From a virus, in IMG/VR virus record IMGVR_UViG_3300032431_000004, positions 1-64,000 of that record: a DNA stretch of 64,000 bases. One strand, 5' to 3'. Shown in pieces: positions 19,442-29,289 of this stretch (positions are counted from its first letter, which is position 1; every line of letters starts with the position of its first letter). The translations under genes and the position numbers were made by a program. The notes under the pieces are model-generated. The model did no database searches. It saw only the letters and a list, made by a program, of their open reading frames with translations, and was not told where the DNA came from.

Positions 19442-20259
19442 GGAACGTACCCGATCGCCGTGTTAAACGTATCCATTCGGCTTCTGAAACTGGCATTCTG
19501 GGCTGTTGATTGGGCGGCACCAATATGAGCCATCGACAGTTGGTGATTACCTTGCCCGGTTAGTGCTCCGTTATTGCTACGGGCTAGGAGAAGAAACGTA
19601 ACACTTGATCTTCCTGCCGAGCTAACTGTACTTTCTAGCTCAGTGGCACCTCTCCTAGACGTTATCCCCGCACTACTAGCCCTGCTAATAGAGCAATAGC
19701 TGTTATCAGTTGGCACTACTGTAGAAGACACTTGACTATCGGTTCCATTAGAGTTCAATCTATTGAGAGTAGTAGTGTTGTTTGTTGCGACTCCTATAGA
19801 TGTATTTGTAACGTTTCCAGCATTTACACATCCCATCAAAAACCTAAGAGACGTAGTAGCGGTGCTTATCCTTCTCACTAAGCAACCCATAGAAGCATTG
19901 TCTTGAGTAAAATTTATTCCATCTAAAGGTGCCCAATTTGTATTTATAAGTCCTGTGGTAGTATTCCCCTGCCATCCCTGCCTTCTGACGAATGTCGGCG
20001 GCGTTGCACCCTCACTAGCGGCGTTTTGCCGACTCACAACGCACCGCAAAGAATCTGGTGCATTGTCCCCAAAATGAAGTAGATAGAGCCTGTCAAAAGA
20101 CAATATCCCATCAGCCGCAAAACCCCCTAGCAGCGCGTCAAGAGCCTGCCTCTCAGCCGTGCTATAGTTGCCCGTTGCAACATCTAGCCAAGCCTGGGTA
20201 TCAGCCCTGAAGCTGGCTATAGTGGGGTAATGGAAGATTGCGCGTACGGTTGGGAGCAT
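19438..20259 (-). CDS. Putative virion receptor-binding / lectin-fold protein
   Basis: Beta-rich T/S/N/G composition; last gene of leftward virion cluster. Confidence 0.5.
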   Translation of the reverse strand: MLPTVRAIFHYPTIASFRADTQAWLDVATGNYSTAERQALDALLGGFAADGILSFDRLYLLHFGDNAPDSLRCVVSRQNAASEGATPPTFVRRQGWQGNTTTGLINTNWAPLDGINFTQDNASMGCLVRRISTATTSLRFLMGCVNAGNVTNTSIGVATNNTTTLNRLNSNGTDSQVSSTVVPTDNSYCSISRASSAGITSRRGATELESTVSSAGRSSVTFLLLARSNNGALTGQGNHQLSMAHIGAAQSTAQNASFRSRMDTFNTAIGYVP

Positions 20260-20676
20260 TTAGAGTTTCACAATAGGCGCGATCGCCCCTGTCCAATCGT
20301 TCTGAGGATCTTTTGCAGTACTAGCGATCGCACCTATTGCCGCAACGAATGCGTGATACTTTGCCGCATTGAAGTGCAGGCCAGCAAGATCCTCGTTAGT
20401 GATAACGCGATCGCCATTCAGGAAATAGCCCTTTTTCAACCCCACCAAAAGATAGGCGTCAATCCTGCCCAGCAGCTCAGTAGCCGCCAGCCCGATCTCT
20501 GCTCCCTTCTGGCAATGCGATCGCTTGTCGTTTACGGTTGCCTGCGTGTTTTGGTCAAGTTGTTCTTGGTTCAGTGTCATGGTTAGGCAAAAATAGTTGG
20601 GCGTGGTTTGCGGGAATTGGCTAGCTTGTCGAATCGCTTCAGAAACTCTTCGGCAGAGTCGGCCTTTGCAATGCAC
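20260..20676 (-). CDS. Hypothetical protein (true start probably MTLNQ)
   Basis: Stop abuts start of 19438-20259. Confidence 0.5.
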   Translation of the reverse strand: MHCKGRLCRRVSEAIRQASQFPQTTPNYFCLTMTLNQEQLDQNTQATVNDKRSHCQKGAEIGLAATELLGRIDAYLLVGLKKGYFLNGDRVITNEDLAGLHFNAAKYHAFVAAIGAIASTAKDPQNDWTGAIAPIVKL

Positions 20677-20760
20677 TCAGCTGGAATGCTGCCATCCGCG
20701 TCAAGAGGGCGATCGAATATATAGGCAACGAATTTGGGGTTTGACATTATTTCTCCAGTT

Positions 20761-21225
20761 TTAAGCGGCGGTGTCGCCAGTGATTCGATACAGATTTGCG
20801 GCCATCCCAGGGAGTATCGAGATAGGGGAGTCCATTAACGCTGTCTTGAACTGGTTTCGGGCATTCCTAACCGTTGTACCAGCCCCTTGAACTATCGTGA
20901 CTTGCCCGGTGGATGATGGAACAATTATGCAATTAAATCCGGTAGGCAGCCCACTTGGGATTGTTACGCTGATTGCAGTTGAGGCACTAAACACCTTTTG
21001 CTTCCCCATGTCGGCGGCAACGAATGTGTAGGTAGTCCCGGCAACCTCTTCTGAAACGATCGCATAATTTTGGATCCCTTGAGCGTTGAACCCTTGAGCG
21101 GCGGTGATTGCGGTTAGGATTTGCTGAGCTGCTAGCTGCGATCGCGCTGCCGCTGCATCAGCGGATTCCGCCAAAGCCTTCCCTAGCGCGGTTATTGCCC
21201 AGTCTGAAATCTGTTTGAATCTCAT
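20761..21225 (-). CDS. Tail-fibre-like protein
   Basis: ALGKALAESADAAAARSQL and TYTFVAADMGK...VTIPSGLPTGFNC...GQVTI typical of fibre modules. Confidence 0.6.
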   Translation of the reverse strand: MRFKQISDWAITALGKALAESADAAAARSQLAAQQILTAITAAQGFNAQGIQNYAIVSEEVAGTTYTFVAADMGKQKVFSASTAISVTIPSGLPTGFNCIIVPSSTGQVTIVQGAGTTVRNARNQFKTALMDSPISILPGMAANLYRITGDTAA

Positions 21226-21236
21226 AGGTTAACGGC

Positions 21237-21947
21237 TCAAGAGAAGTAGCGGGCGGTGACGCGATCAGCAACCTCTAATGGAAATCCAGCATTTGCAGCC
21301 GACCAGGTGATAGTGAGGCCAGAGAGGGAGAATGCAGCGGCAGCACCGCCAAAGGTGTCGAACTGTTGCCCATTAACGTAAAGCCTCAAATTGGCTATAT
21401 TCAGTGGGGTAAACCCAAGGTTGGCCACGGTGTTTAGCGCCGTAACTGTCAGCCGTTCGCCCCGTGGCGTTCCACTCCCACCCCCTGCTCCGGCAGGGTC
21501 GTTGGAGATATTGCGCGCACTGACAGCGATCGCGGCATCCGCTGGAAACCTTGCGAAGTCAAACCTGTAACTAAACTCAATATCGATCGCCGCTGCTGGC
21601 ATGGAGTGAGCCGTTTCGACACCAGCTATCAGAGAGAAGTAGGTCAGGGTGTAGACGCCGCCCGCCTCGGTGATTCGGCCAAATACCTCGTTCCCACTTG
21701 CATCAGTTAGTTTGAGCTTGCTTGTGCCGCCGTAAATCTCGGTGCGGTTGTTGGCTCCGGTTACAATCACTCCGATCGTATTGGAACCCCCTAGCGGCTG
21801 CACCGGAACCGACACCCCGCCTTCGCCAGCGGTAGACAGGGCAGTACCGATGGCAGTGGTGAGGACTCCGCTGGTGCCGCTGGCAGAAAATCCGTTCACT
21901 CGAACGGATGCACTCTGCGGCTTGATAATCTGTTTGGCTGGAATCAT
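21237..21947 (-). CDS. Putative virion structural protein
   Basis: G/A/T-rich; C-terminal LRLYVNGQ...GLTITW...DRVTARY beta module. Confidence 0.55.
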   Translation of the reverse strand: MIPAKQIIKPQSASVRVNGFSASGTSGVLTTAIGTALSTAGEGGVSVPVQPLGGSNTIGVIVTGANNRTEIYGGTSKLKLTDASGNEVFGRITEAGGVYTLTYFSLIAGVETAHSMPAAAIDIEFSYRFDFARFPADAAIAVSARNISNDPAGAGGGSGTPRGERLTVTALNTVANLGFTPLNIANLRLYVNGQQFDTFGGAAAAFSLSGLTITWSAANAGFPLEVADRVTARYFS

Positions 21948-21956
21948 AGCTAGCTC

Positions 21957-22871
21957 CTATTGGTAAAAAACTTCAAACTCGTCTGACGTTTCAAGCTGCA
22001 CTCGATTTTGCCAGTTAAGTATCGCCCCGTTGATGGTGTAATCGAGCGCGAACCTCGCCTTTACCCCATTCAAGAAAAGATAACTCAACTGCGGAGATGC
22101 GGGCACTGCCGCTAGCGTGAAAACTGTCTGCCCATTTGAAGGCGTAAAAACTGTTCGATTCAGTACAACTACATTGACAGCCAGACTGGCATTGTACTGG
22201 TAGAAAACTTCAAATTCGTCCGTTACCTGAAGCTGTACTCGATTTTGCCAATTAACGTTAGCGCCATTGACTGTGTAATCGAGCGCGAACCTCATCTTTA
22301 CCCCATTCAGGAAAAGATAGCTCAACTGTGGCGATACGGGCACCTCAGCTAAGGTGAAAACGGTTTGACCATTTGACAGCGTGAAAACTTCCCTAGTGGA
22401 ACTAATGCCACCGCCACCGCCTCCGGTGATCAGTCCAGGATGAGCCGCTAGATTGGCATTATGGGTAGCGATCGCACCATCAACAACACCAGACAACCAC
22501 GCAGGGATAGGGTCAGGCGGCGCACCGGGGATGACAGGCGGCACTACACCCCACTGGGTAATCGTCCCGACAACCGTCACCTGCCCACTAAAAAACTTAT
22601 CGCGATCGCCACCCGGCGACTCCAGCAGCACATCGTAGGCATGGCTACTGCTGGGCCTTATGTTGGTTAGCGATCGCCCTAGTTCAAGTCTGACATCTCC
22701 ATCTGGCTGAACCGTGGCTAATGGTTCAGCCAGCAAGACGCCAGCCGCATCTCTAATTTGGCAGCGGGCACCCCAGCTTGCGTCAGGCAATGGCAAAACA
22801 GGGGGCGTTAGGGTTTGCTCCCAATCCGTCCTTTGATGAATGATTAATTTTGCCGCTGTAGTTTTCGACAC
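21957..22871 (-). CDS. Putative virion protein with two tandem ~65-aa beta domains
   Basis: SNGQTVFTLA..P.SPQLSYLFLNGVK.RFALDYT.NGA..NWQNRVQL...DEFEVFYQ occurs twice. Confidence 0.65.
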   Translation of the reverse strand: MSKTTAAKLIIHQRTDWEQTLTPPVLPLPDASWGARCQIRDAAGVLLAEPLATVQPDGDVRLELGRSLTNIRPSSSHAYDVLLESPGGDRDKFFSGQVTVVGTITQWGVVPPVIPGAPPDPIPAWLSGVVDGAIATHNANLAAHPGLITGGGGGGISSTREVFTLSNGQTVFTLAEVPVSPQLSYLFLNGVKMRFALDYTVNGANVNWQNRVQLQVTDEFEVFYQYNASLAVNVVVLNRTVFTPSNGQTVFTLAAVPASPQLSYLFLNGVKARFALDYTINGAILNWQNRVQLETSDEFEVFYQ

Positions 22872-23187
22872 TCGCTACAGATAGGTTAGGGGAGCGCGAT
22901 CGCCCCTAGCAAAGCCCCCAAAAGCGATCGCATGTAGAGAATAACCGAAATCGTAGAGAGCGGCGAAAAATGGGCGATAGGATGGCGATAGCGATCGCAT
23001 GTACGCGTTTGTAACCATTACTAGGCAACGGTTACAGCAGTCAAACAGCTTCCTGAGTACGCGTTACTAGAACCTGTTGCAAGGTCAAACACCTTGCAAG
23101 TAGAGAGCCTTTAGAATCGCTAGAATCCCTTGTAGCTCAACGCTTGCCCCTTGCAACCTAGAGAGAACAGGGCAGCCAGAAGGCAGG

Positions 23188-23318
23188 TAAAAACAGGCAG
23201 TGTCATGTTGACTGTCATACTTTTGGCAACACATTCTAAGCCTTGCTGAGCATGAGTTAGAAGCCTGCCGTCGCAGCGTCACTGACATCTAGTAGTTTTA
23301 GGTTTGCTGCCAAAGACT
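23188..23318 (-). repeat. Dispersed inverted-arm element, half copy E1
   Basis: TAAAAACAGGCAGTGTCATGTTGACTGTCATACTTTTGGCAACA...TGCCGTCGCAGCGTCA. Confidence 0.85.
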
Positions 23319-23586
23319 TAAGATGGCAGCGATCGCCCATGTTAGGAAAAAAGGAATGCTTGCAGGCTTCTGGTTTTGCTTCAATAGCTATCTAGACTGG
23401 CATCGGTTAATGGTTCAGGCGTACAACCAGTCGTTTAATCAGTTCAAATTTTTCAGATGCTTAGGGCAAACCGAATGGTTGACTTGAGGCAGCAATCGGC
23501 AGGCAGCGCTGCGCGATCGCCCATAGCTTCATTTTCTTTAGCCGCCTGATTTGGGCGGCTTTCCTTTGGGCGATCGCGTTTTTCGC

Positions 23587-23888
23587 TAAAAGTAGGCAGT
23601 GTCATGTTGACTGTCATACTTTTGGCAACATACTCTAACCCATACTCAGTAAAGCTTAGACACCTGCCGTCGCACTGTCATTGGCATTAAGAGTTTTAGA
23701 TTCTGAGATTAGGATTATCTCTAAGAAGATTAGATATTTAATTCAGTGAATTAATAACTCTGAATCCTCTCCTATTTTGAAATCAGAAAAATCAATGACA
23801 GTGCGACGGCAGGCATCTAAGCCATATATACCAAGGCTTTAAGTGTGTTGCCAATTTGTTGACTGTCACGTAGACACTGCCTGTTTTT
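23587..23888 (-). repeat. Dispersed ~300-bp inverted-arm element, full copy E2
   Basis: AGGCAGTGTC...GACACTGCCT ends, ~95-bp imperfect inverted arms, AT-rich palindromic centre. Confidence 0.9.
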
Positions 23889-23907
23889 TTGGGGATTCTA
23901 GCAGCTG

Positions 23908-24083
23908 AGACTACCCCTAAAAAGACTCAGGTATTTAATCCAATAGATTGAATACCTGAGTCTTCCCTTATTTTGAAATCGTAAAAGTCAATGACGCTGC
24001 GACGGGAGGTGTCTAACCCATACTCAGCAATACTTTAACCCTGTTGCCAAAACAATGACAGTCACGTAGACACTGCCTGTTTT
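23908..24083 (-). repeat. Dispersed element, half copy with central hairpin E3
   Basis: AAGACTCAGGTATTTAATC-5 nt-GATTGAATACCTGAGTCTT, then arm ending GACACTGCCTGTTTT. Confidence 0.85.
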
Positions 24084-24104
24084 CCCAGAATGCCACCGGC
24101 TAAA

Positions 24105-24626
24105 TCAGCTATTCAAATAATCTGCCAAAAGCTGATTCAGTTCATCCCTGACGCCTGGGTACAGATCCCCATTAGCATCAACAGGCAGGAATGGCCGCGC
24201 CGGAACACTTGCCCTCGGTGCCCCAAAGTTATGAATAGCTCCTAGATCGTAGCGACCGACTTTTTGAGCAGTGCCCACTTCAGCAGCATTATTAGTGGCA
24301 CGGGAGTACAGTGAATTGAAAAGCGCCCCAGACCATTGCAGCTTCAGTTTGCCGCCAGCTTTAGGCGCTCCCCTGGTGTTTGTACCTTTTCGCTTCTTAC
24401 GGCTGCTGTAGCCCTCCTTATAGCGTCTGTACCGATCGCTTAATTCTGCCCACGGTTTTCCAGCGGCACCGGGAGCGCGTTGATTTTTGAATGCCCTGAC
24501 AGCTTCAGCCTCAAGGTAATTCGCCCACGCTTTGTAAAGTGGCTGAGGTTTTCTGATTTTGGCGATCGTTTCCGATAGAATGCGATCGCCCGTGAGTTGG
24601 GATACATCAAATTCAAAGGTTGACAT
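24105..24626 (-). CDS. Mu gpG-like virion morphogenesis protein
   Basis: PWAELS, LQWSGALFNSL, AIHNFGAP..VPARPFL. Confidence 0.85.
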   Translation of the reverse strand: MSTFEFDVSQLTGDRILSETIAKIRKPQPLYKAWANYLEAEAVRAFKNQRAPGAAGKPWAELSDRYRRYKEGYSSRKKRKGTNTRGAPKAGGKLKLQWSGALFNSLYSRATNNAAEVGTAQKVGRYDLGAIHNFGAPRASVPARPFLPVDANGDLYPGVRDELNQLLADYLNS

Positions 24627-24633
24627 GCTGACC

Positions 24634-25320
24634 TCAGAGTAGTGGTTCTGATTTTCCTTCCCAATCCCCACAGGTGCTACCGTCTACCCCGGTAGGGTGC
24701 ATGGCACAGACAAGTTTGTTGCCGCCATAGGACTGCCCGTGGTAGTTGGTGCAGCCATCGCAGGCGATCGGCTTAGAAGGATTGAGGGACTGAACGGCTC
24801 GCGTCCACTCATCTCTACGTGCTTGGGGAAATCTTCTAGTACTAAACTCTTCTATTAAGTTCATCATTGATAGATCGTTTGATCTTAATTCGTCAATTGA
24901 TAAAACTGTCAGGGAACGCCCAGCACTACGAGAGTCAGCTTCCCCGATACCTAGAGAAGCGCCAACGATGCCAACCCCATAGACATCGCTGCCCAGTGAT
25001 TCCCCGGCTGCTAGTGCGATCGCCTGCTGCCTTGCGGCGTATTGACTAGACCTTCCAAAAAACCTATCTCTTGCCAGTTCAAACTCAGGGCGGTACTGCC
25101 TGTATATGCGAGGCACCAATCGGAACCCGTCTAGGAACCCGAACCACTCAACTGCCCCTGTGCAAAATAGATCAAAGAATTCGCGGTAGGAAGGCAGTTC
25201 AAGCCGATCGCACGAGATCTGTATGTGACTGTCCACTCTCCTGTTATCCCTGACACCCTTCGATGAAAGCAGCTCAGCTACTATTTCCACAATCGCCATT
25301 TTTTCAACATCTAAGGACAT
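24634..25320 (-). CDS. Accessory protein with C-terminal Cys/His domain
   Basis: ACDGCTNYHG...LVCAMHPTG....CGDW, shared with 30863-31441. Confidence 0.6.
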   Translation of the reverse strand: MSLDVEKMAIVEIVAELLSSKGVRDNRRVDSHIQISCDRLELPSYREFFDLFCTGAVEWFGFLDGFRLVPRIYRQYRPEFELARDRFFGRSSQYAARQQAIALAAGESLGSDVYGVGIVGASLGIGEADSRSAGRSLTVLSIDELRSNDLSMMNLIEEFSTRRFPQARRDEWTRAVQSLNPSKPIACDGCTNYHGQSYGGNKLVCAMHPTGVDGSTCGDWEGKSEPLL

Positions 25321-25366
25321 AGGATTTCCTATAGGGTAGACTTCCCCCTATCCTACCAGCGCGCCA

Positions 25367-26116
25367 TCAGCTTGCAGGCAGGCTGCCATTGGCAAAACCA
25401 GCATTAACCCGATCGCGCTCTTGAGCTATCTGAGCGGCGATAGTAGGCGGCGATCGCGCAATGACTGCCTCAATAATCTCAGCCCGTTTTGCTGCTGATG
25501 TCGTTCCCGGCGCATAATCAAACCCAGGATCAGGCTCGATCGACTGACCTGCTATCTGATCGCCCCGCTTCAGCACGCTCACTTCTAAGTTTTCAGATAA
25601 AAGCGATCGCACTGACAGGCTGATATATCGGCATGAGCAGCCGTAGCCATTTGGCAATGACATGGGCACGTCTTGAGCCGGGAACACCGTACCGTCTAAC
25701 GCTATGTGGGTAGGCCGTGGGTGCGTTGCGCCTCCGTGGATAAGCTGCCGATACGGTTGCAGCCGCACAACGTCAGGGTCAGTCTGCTGTTGCTCCCGGC
25801 CAGCCCCGTACGACATTTTTAGATTGGTGTTGTAAATGACATTGGCTCTCCATGATTTGTTCCCAACCCAGTCGCCAGCTATCTTCTCAAACTCTGCGCG
25901 GAATTCGTCAGGCCGTTGCCCTAAAGCGATCGCCCTATCCAATGCTGCCCTGATGCCAGACAATAAATCGCCCTTGGCACCGGCAACAACAAAAAAGGCG
26001 TCATGCTGATCGTCCGTAATGTCTCGCCAGGTATCGGTGCCAAGGTTAATTTTGTCAAGAAGATAGGCGATCGCTTCAGGGTATGGCTTGGTAGCGTAGG
26101 CCGAATTACTCAGCAT
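25367..26116 (-). CDS. Mu gpF-like minor head protein
   Basis: AFFVVAGA, IYNTNLKMSYGAGR, RPTHIALDG, PNGYGCSC. Confidence 0.9.
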   Translation of the reverse strand: MLSNSAYATKPYPEAIAYLLDKINLGTDTWRDITDDQHDAFFVVAGAKGDLLSGIRAALDRAIALGQRPDEFRAEFEKIAGDWVGNKSWRANVIYNTNLKMSYGAGREQQQTDPDVVRLQPYRQLIHGGATHPRPTHIALDGTVFPAQDVPMSLPNGYGCSCRYISLSVRSLLSENLEVSVLKRGDQIAGQSIEPDPGFDYAPGTTSAAKRAEIIEAVIARSPPTIAAQIAQERDRVNAGFANGSLPAS

Positions 26117-27767
26117 CTTCCTGTGCCTCAAAGATGCCGGCTAGCCGACTGCTAAACATTGCCTCAGCCATAATTTCGGTTAGCGCGTCGCCATCCAAGT
26201 CAGGGAACGCTTGGTCTAATGAGTCCCTGAATTCTCTCAGACTGCCCGCACTATCAAGGCGCGATCGCACTTCTTCTAGCATTCGCTCAAACTGTGGCTC
26301 CGCTTTTTGCCGTAGCCGTTCAGTAAACTTGTCGATGGTATTTGATGGTGCAGAAAATTGAGCTGTTGCCGGCGCGATTTCTGGGGCTGGCCTGTCAGGA
26401 GTAATGGCGATCGCGGTTTCTTCAGGCAACCCGAATACATTGATGAGTACCTGTATGGCATTATCCCTAGGCAACGTATTGTCAGTAAGGAAGTTCAGCA
26501 GCGATTGGGTTCCAATCTGGCCTAGCCCTTGGTAAAGCGGCGCTGGCTGGTCAACAATTGGGCTGCCATCAGCGGCGATCGCAGGGGCTTGGATATCGGT
26601 GAATCCGTCGCCATAAGTAGTTTTTACGTACTCTGCCTTCGGCCTGTATCCCCATGAAAGGATTTCAGTATCCCGTATGGCCTGCGCATTTAGGTCAGGA
26701 CGATCGGTGATTTTTCTCCATACTCTAGGCGGCGCTGCTGATGGATAATTTATCAGCGATAGATTCCTGATCCAACCACGGTTAGCGCTATGGCAAATTA
26801 AGTCAGAATCCGATTGGATAATATCGGTTCTCACTTGGTGCAGCATCTCGCCTTTATCCACCCCGCCTGCACCTTCGAGCGTCATCGTTTGCCCTAAAAT
26901 CAGCTTGGCGATCGCCCTATCCCAATAGCCTAAGAACGCCTGATAGTCGCCAGCGCCCGACCGTGTGGCTTCTAATAGTTCAATCATCATGCCTTCAGGA
27001 ATAACGATTGCGCTGTCGGTATGACATGCCCGTACAGCCTGCAAGAGCACTTGCTTTTCTGCGTCTGTGGCAGCTTTAGAGTGTTTCCCAATGGGCGTAG
27101 GCTGTCCAAACTTTTCAAGGTATACTGCCCAAAATTTGCCGCCGTTTTTCTTGAACCACACGCACCAGTAGATTACGGATGCCAGCCCCCTACCATAGGG
27201 ATCGTCATCGTTATCCCCACCGGTGCGGAAGTACCACCATTTGCCTGGGTAAAGGGTTTCTACATCTTCACCTTCCCAGCTTTCCCAAGTGATCAAACGA
27301 AGGCGGCCATCTTTATCAAACCGGAAGCGGCGTTGTTTCCTGACTTTGATCTTGTCAGGGTAAACGAGATCGCCATCCTTTTCCAATAGAAGTTCAGATA
27401 CCGCATAGCCATAGTGAACGGCATACTGAATTTTTTTATTAACGTCATCCCATGCAATATGGTTCAGGACTTCTTTGAGCCAGTCAGCGGCAACATCATC
27501 TATATCGCTACTTCCCCCAGCTTCTACTTCCCACGGGTGCGCTATTAACGCATTCTGCCGCTGCTCATAGCCAGCTAGAACCTGATGGTCCTCTAGAAGC
27601 TTTTCATAAATTTCTAGACGGTAGCCATTCTCTGCAAGGACGCGATCGTCAGGAAAATCCAGTTCCCCGGCATAGCGGCGCGTCAGATCCTTGCTGCGTG
27701 GCGCTACCTCTACACCTAATGCTGGCGCTGCTGAGATTGATCCATTCGTAGTGGAGGAGGTGAACAT
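26106..27767 (-). CDS. Portal protein (DUF935, Mu gp29-like)
   Basis: PYGRGL, FWAVYLEKFGQPTPIGK, IAKLILGQTMT. Confidence 0.9.
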   Translation of the reverse strand: MFTSSTTNGSISAAPALGVEVAPRSKDLTRRYAGELDFPDDRVLAENGYRLEIYEKLLEDHQVLAGYEQRQNALIAHPWEVEAGGSSDIDDVAADWLKEVLNHIAWDDVNKKIQYAVHYGYAVSELLLEKDGDLVYPDKIKVRKQRRFRFDKDGRLRLITWESWEGEDVETLYPGKWWYFRTGGDNDDDPYGRGLASVIYWCVWFKKNGGKFWAVYLEKFGQPTPIGKHSKAATDAEKQVLLQAVRACHTDSAIVIPEGMMIELLEATRSGAGDYQAFLGYWDRAIAKLILGQTMTLEGAGGVDKGEMLHQVRTDIIQSDSDLICHSANRGWIRNLSLINYPSAAPPRVWRKITDRPDLNAQAIRDTEILSWGYRPKAEYVKTTYGDGFTDIQAPAIAADGSPIVDQPAPLYQGLGQIGTQSLLNFLTDNTLPRDNAIQVLINVFGLPEETAIAITPDRPAPEIAPATAQFSAPSNTIDKFTERLRQKAEPQFERMLEEVRSRLDSAGSLREFRDSLDQAFPDLDGDALTEIMAEAMFSSRLAGIFEAQEDAE

Positions 27768-28508
27768 GGGCGATCGCGCTTAATTTGCCCCAAGAATAAC
27801 CCAGATACAAAAAACCACTCCTTGCTTGCATGCGGTAGGAGTGGTTTTGAAATGTCGCAAACACAAAAAGGAGACCCTTGAAATCCCTTGCCAATAGTCT
27901 AGCGCAAGGGGAGGGGATTGCCTTTAGCAGGGCAGCGTTGCCTTAGCGCGGTTAGAGGCTGCGATCGCTACTGCGGCTACGAACCTGTGAGCAAAATATC
28001 TCTCGGTAATCCCTGGCAAATAAGCTGCCATCAAAAAAATATAGCTAGCGTCATACGGATTATCGTCTAGCCAGACTCGCAGTCTAAAGAGTGGTTCACC
28101 TTCGCGCTCTTCATAAATTACTCTGCAATCATCACCCCAATCAGGTTTGGAAGTTTTAATGTTGTGCAGAATCTTGTCAGCAATCAACTGGGCTTCAATC
28201 GTTTTGCCTCCTTTGGTTTTGCGATCGCGTCAAGCCAAACAAGCCGTAAGTACGGTGCGCTTAGCGATTCTGGAATCTGTTTGTCAATTGAGTTAAACCA
28301 TCTCTGGGCCAGTTCATCTGTAGAAACATATCGCCATTGGAGCGGCACGAAGTTCAAATGATTTGAATGGTTAAACTTCACCCACCCACGCATCCCGTGA
28401 ATGCTGAAATCAATGAGGTAACGCGCCAATTCAGTATTGACACCGTGTCCTTTGACCTCAACCAAAGCCCCTGCGACAGGCAGCCGATCGGCAGTATTAC
28501 GCCATTGC

Positions 28509-28709
28509 TCAACGTTCATTCTTTTCTCTCCGCTCACGCCTACTTTTCCTTTTCCGTTCTGCTGGCGTCATGGGCTGATCACCCACCATTGGCCGTCCCC
28601 TAGGGGAAGGGTTCTCATTGATTACTCGATGGCAGGCAGGGCAGCGCCATCGCTGATACCCCGCCTTGTCTTTGCCCCAGCGATGACTGGGGCGATCGCA
28701 GTGTTCCAT
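28509..28709 (-). CDS. Zn-ribbon protein (InsA-like) with basic tail
   Basis: WGKDKAGYQRWRCPAC...GRP...MTPAERKRKSR. Confidence 0.6.
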   Translation of the reverse strand: MEHCDRPSHRWGKDKAGYQRWRCPACHRVINENPSPRGRPMVGDQPMTPAERKRKSRRERREKNER

Positions 28710-28987
28710 TTTTACTCCGCTGACATAGCGATCGCGCTTTTGATATCAGCATCGCTAAACCCCCGCTTCCGCCCTTCTGCAAATATTCTGGCTTGATATG
28801 CCGCATCGGTCTGGTCACTGAGGTCAACACCAGAGTCTAGGATTTTAGAGATAATTTCGTTCAGGATTTCAGTGGGATTAAGTTTCATCGTTTTTGCCTT
28901 TTGCTGCTTACTTTTATAGTATGTCACAAAAAGAGTGGGAATAGTGGGAAGTTTCATATTGACTGCGTGAAGATGTGCGATCGCGCT

Positions 28988-29287
28988 TAAAAGAGGCAGT
29001 GTCAACATGACTGTCATACTTTTGGCAACACACTCTAAGACTTACTGAGTATGGGCTAGACACCTGCCGTCGCACTGTCATTGGCATTAAGAGTTTTAGG
29101 TTTACTGCCAGAGTTCCCACTAAAAAGATTCAGGCATTTAATCTCAGCAGATTAAATGCCTGAATCTTCTCCTATTCTGAAATCACAAAAGTATGTGACG
29201 CTGTGACAGCAGCCTTCTAAGGTATACGTATCAGGGCTTTAGGTATGTTGCCAAAACAATGACAGTCATGTTGACACAACGCTTTTA
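28988..29287 (-). repeat. Dispersed ~300-bp inverted-arm element, full copy E4
   Basis: Same arms; perfect 20-bp central inverted repeat at 29125-29168. Confidence 0.9.
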
Positions 29288-29289
29288 TC

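Noticed and set aside
23587-23888. Integron attC sites
   Set aside because: Much longer than attC, no RYYYAAC/GTTRRRY ends, and no integron integrase.
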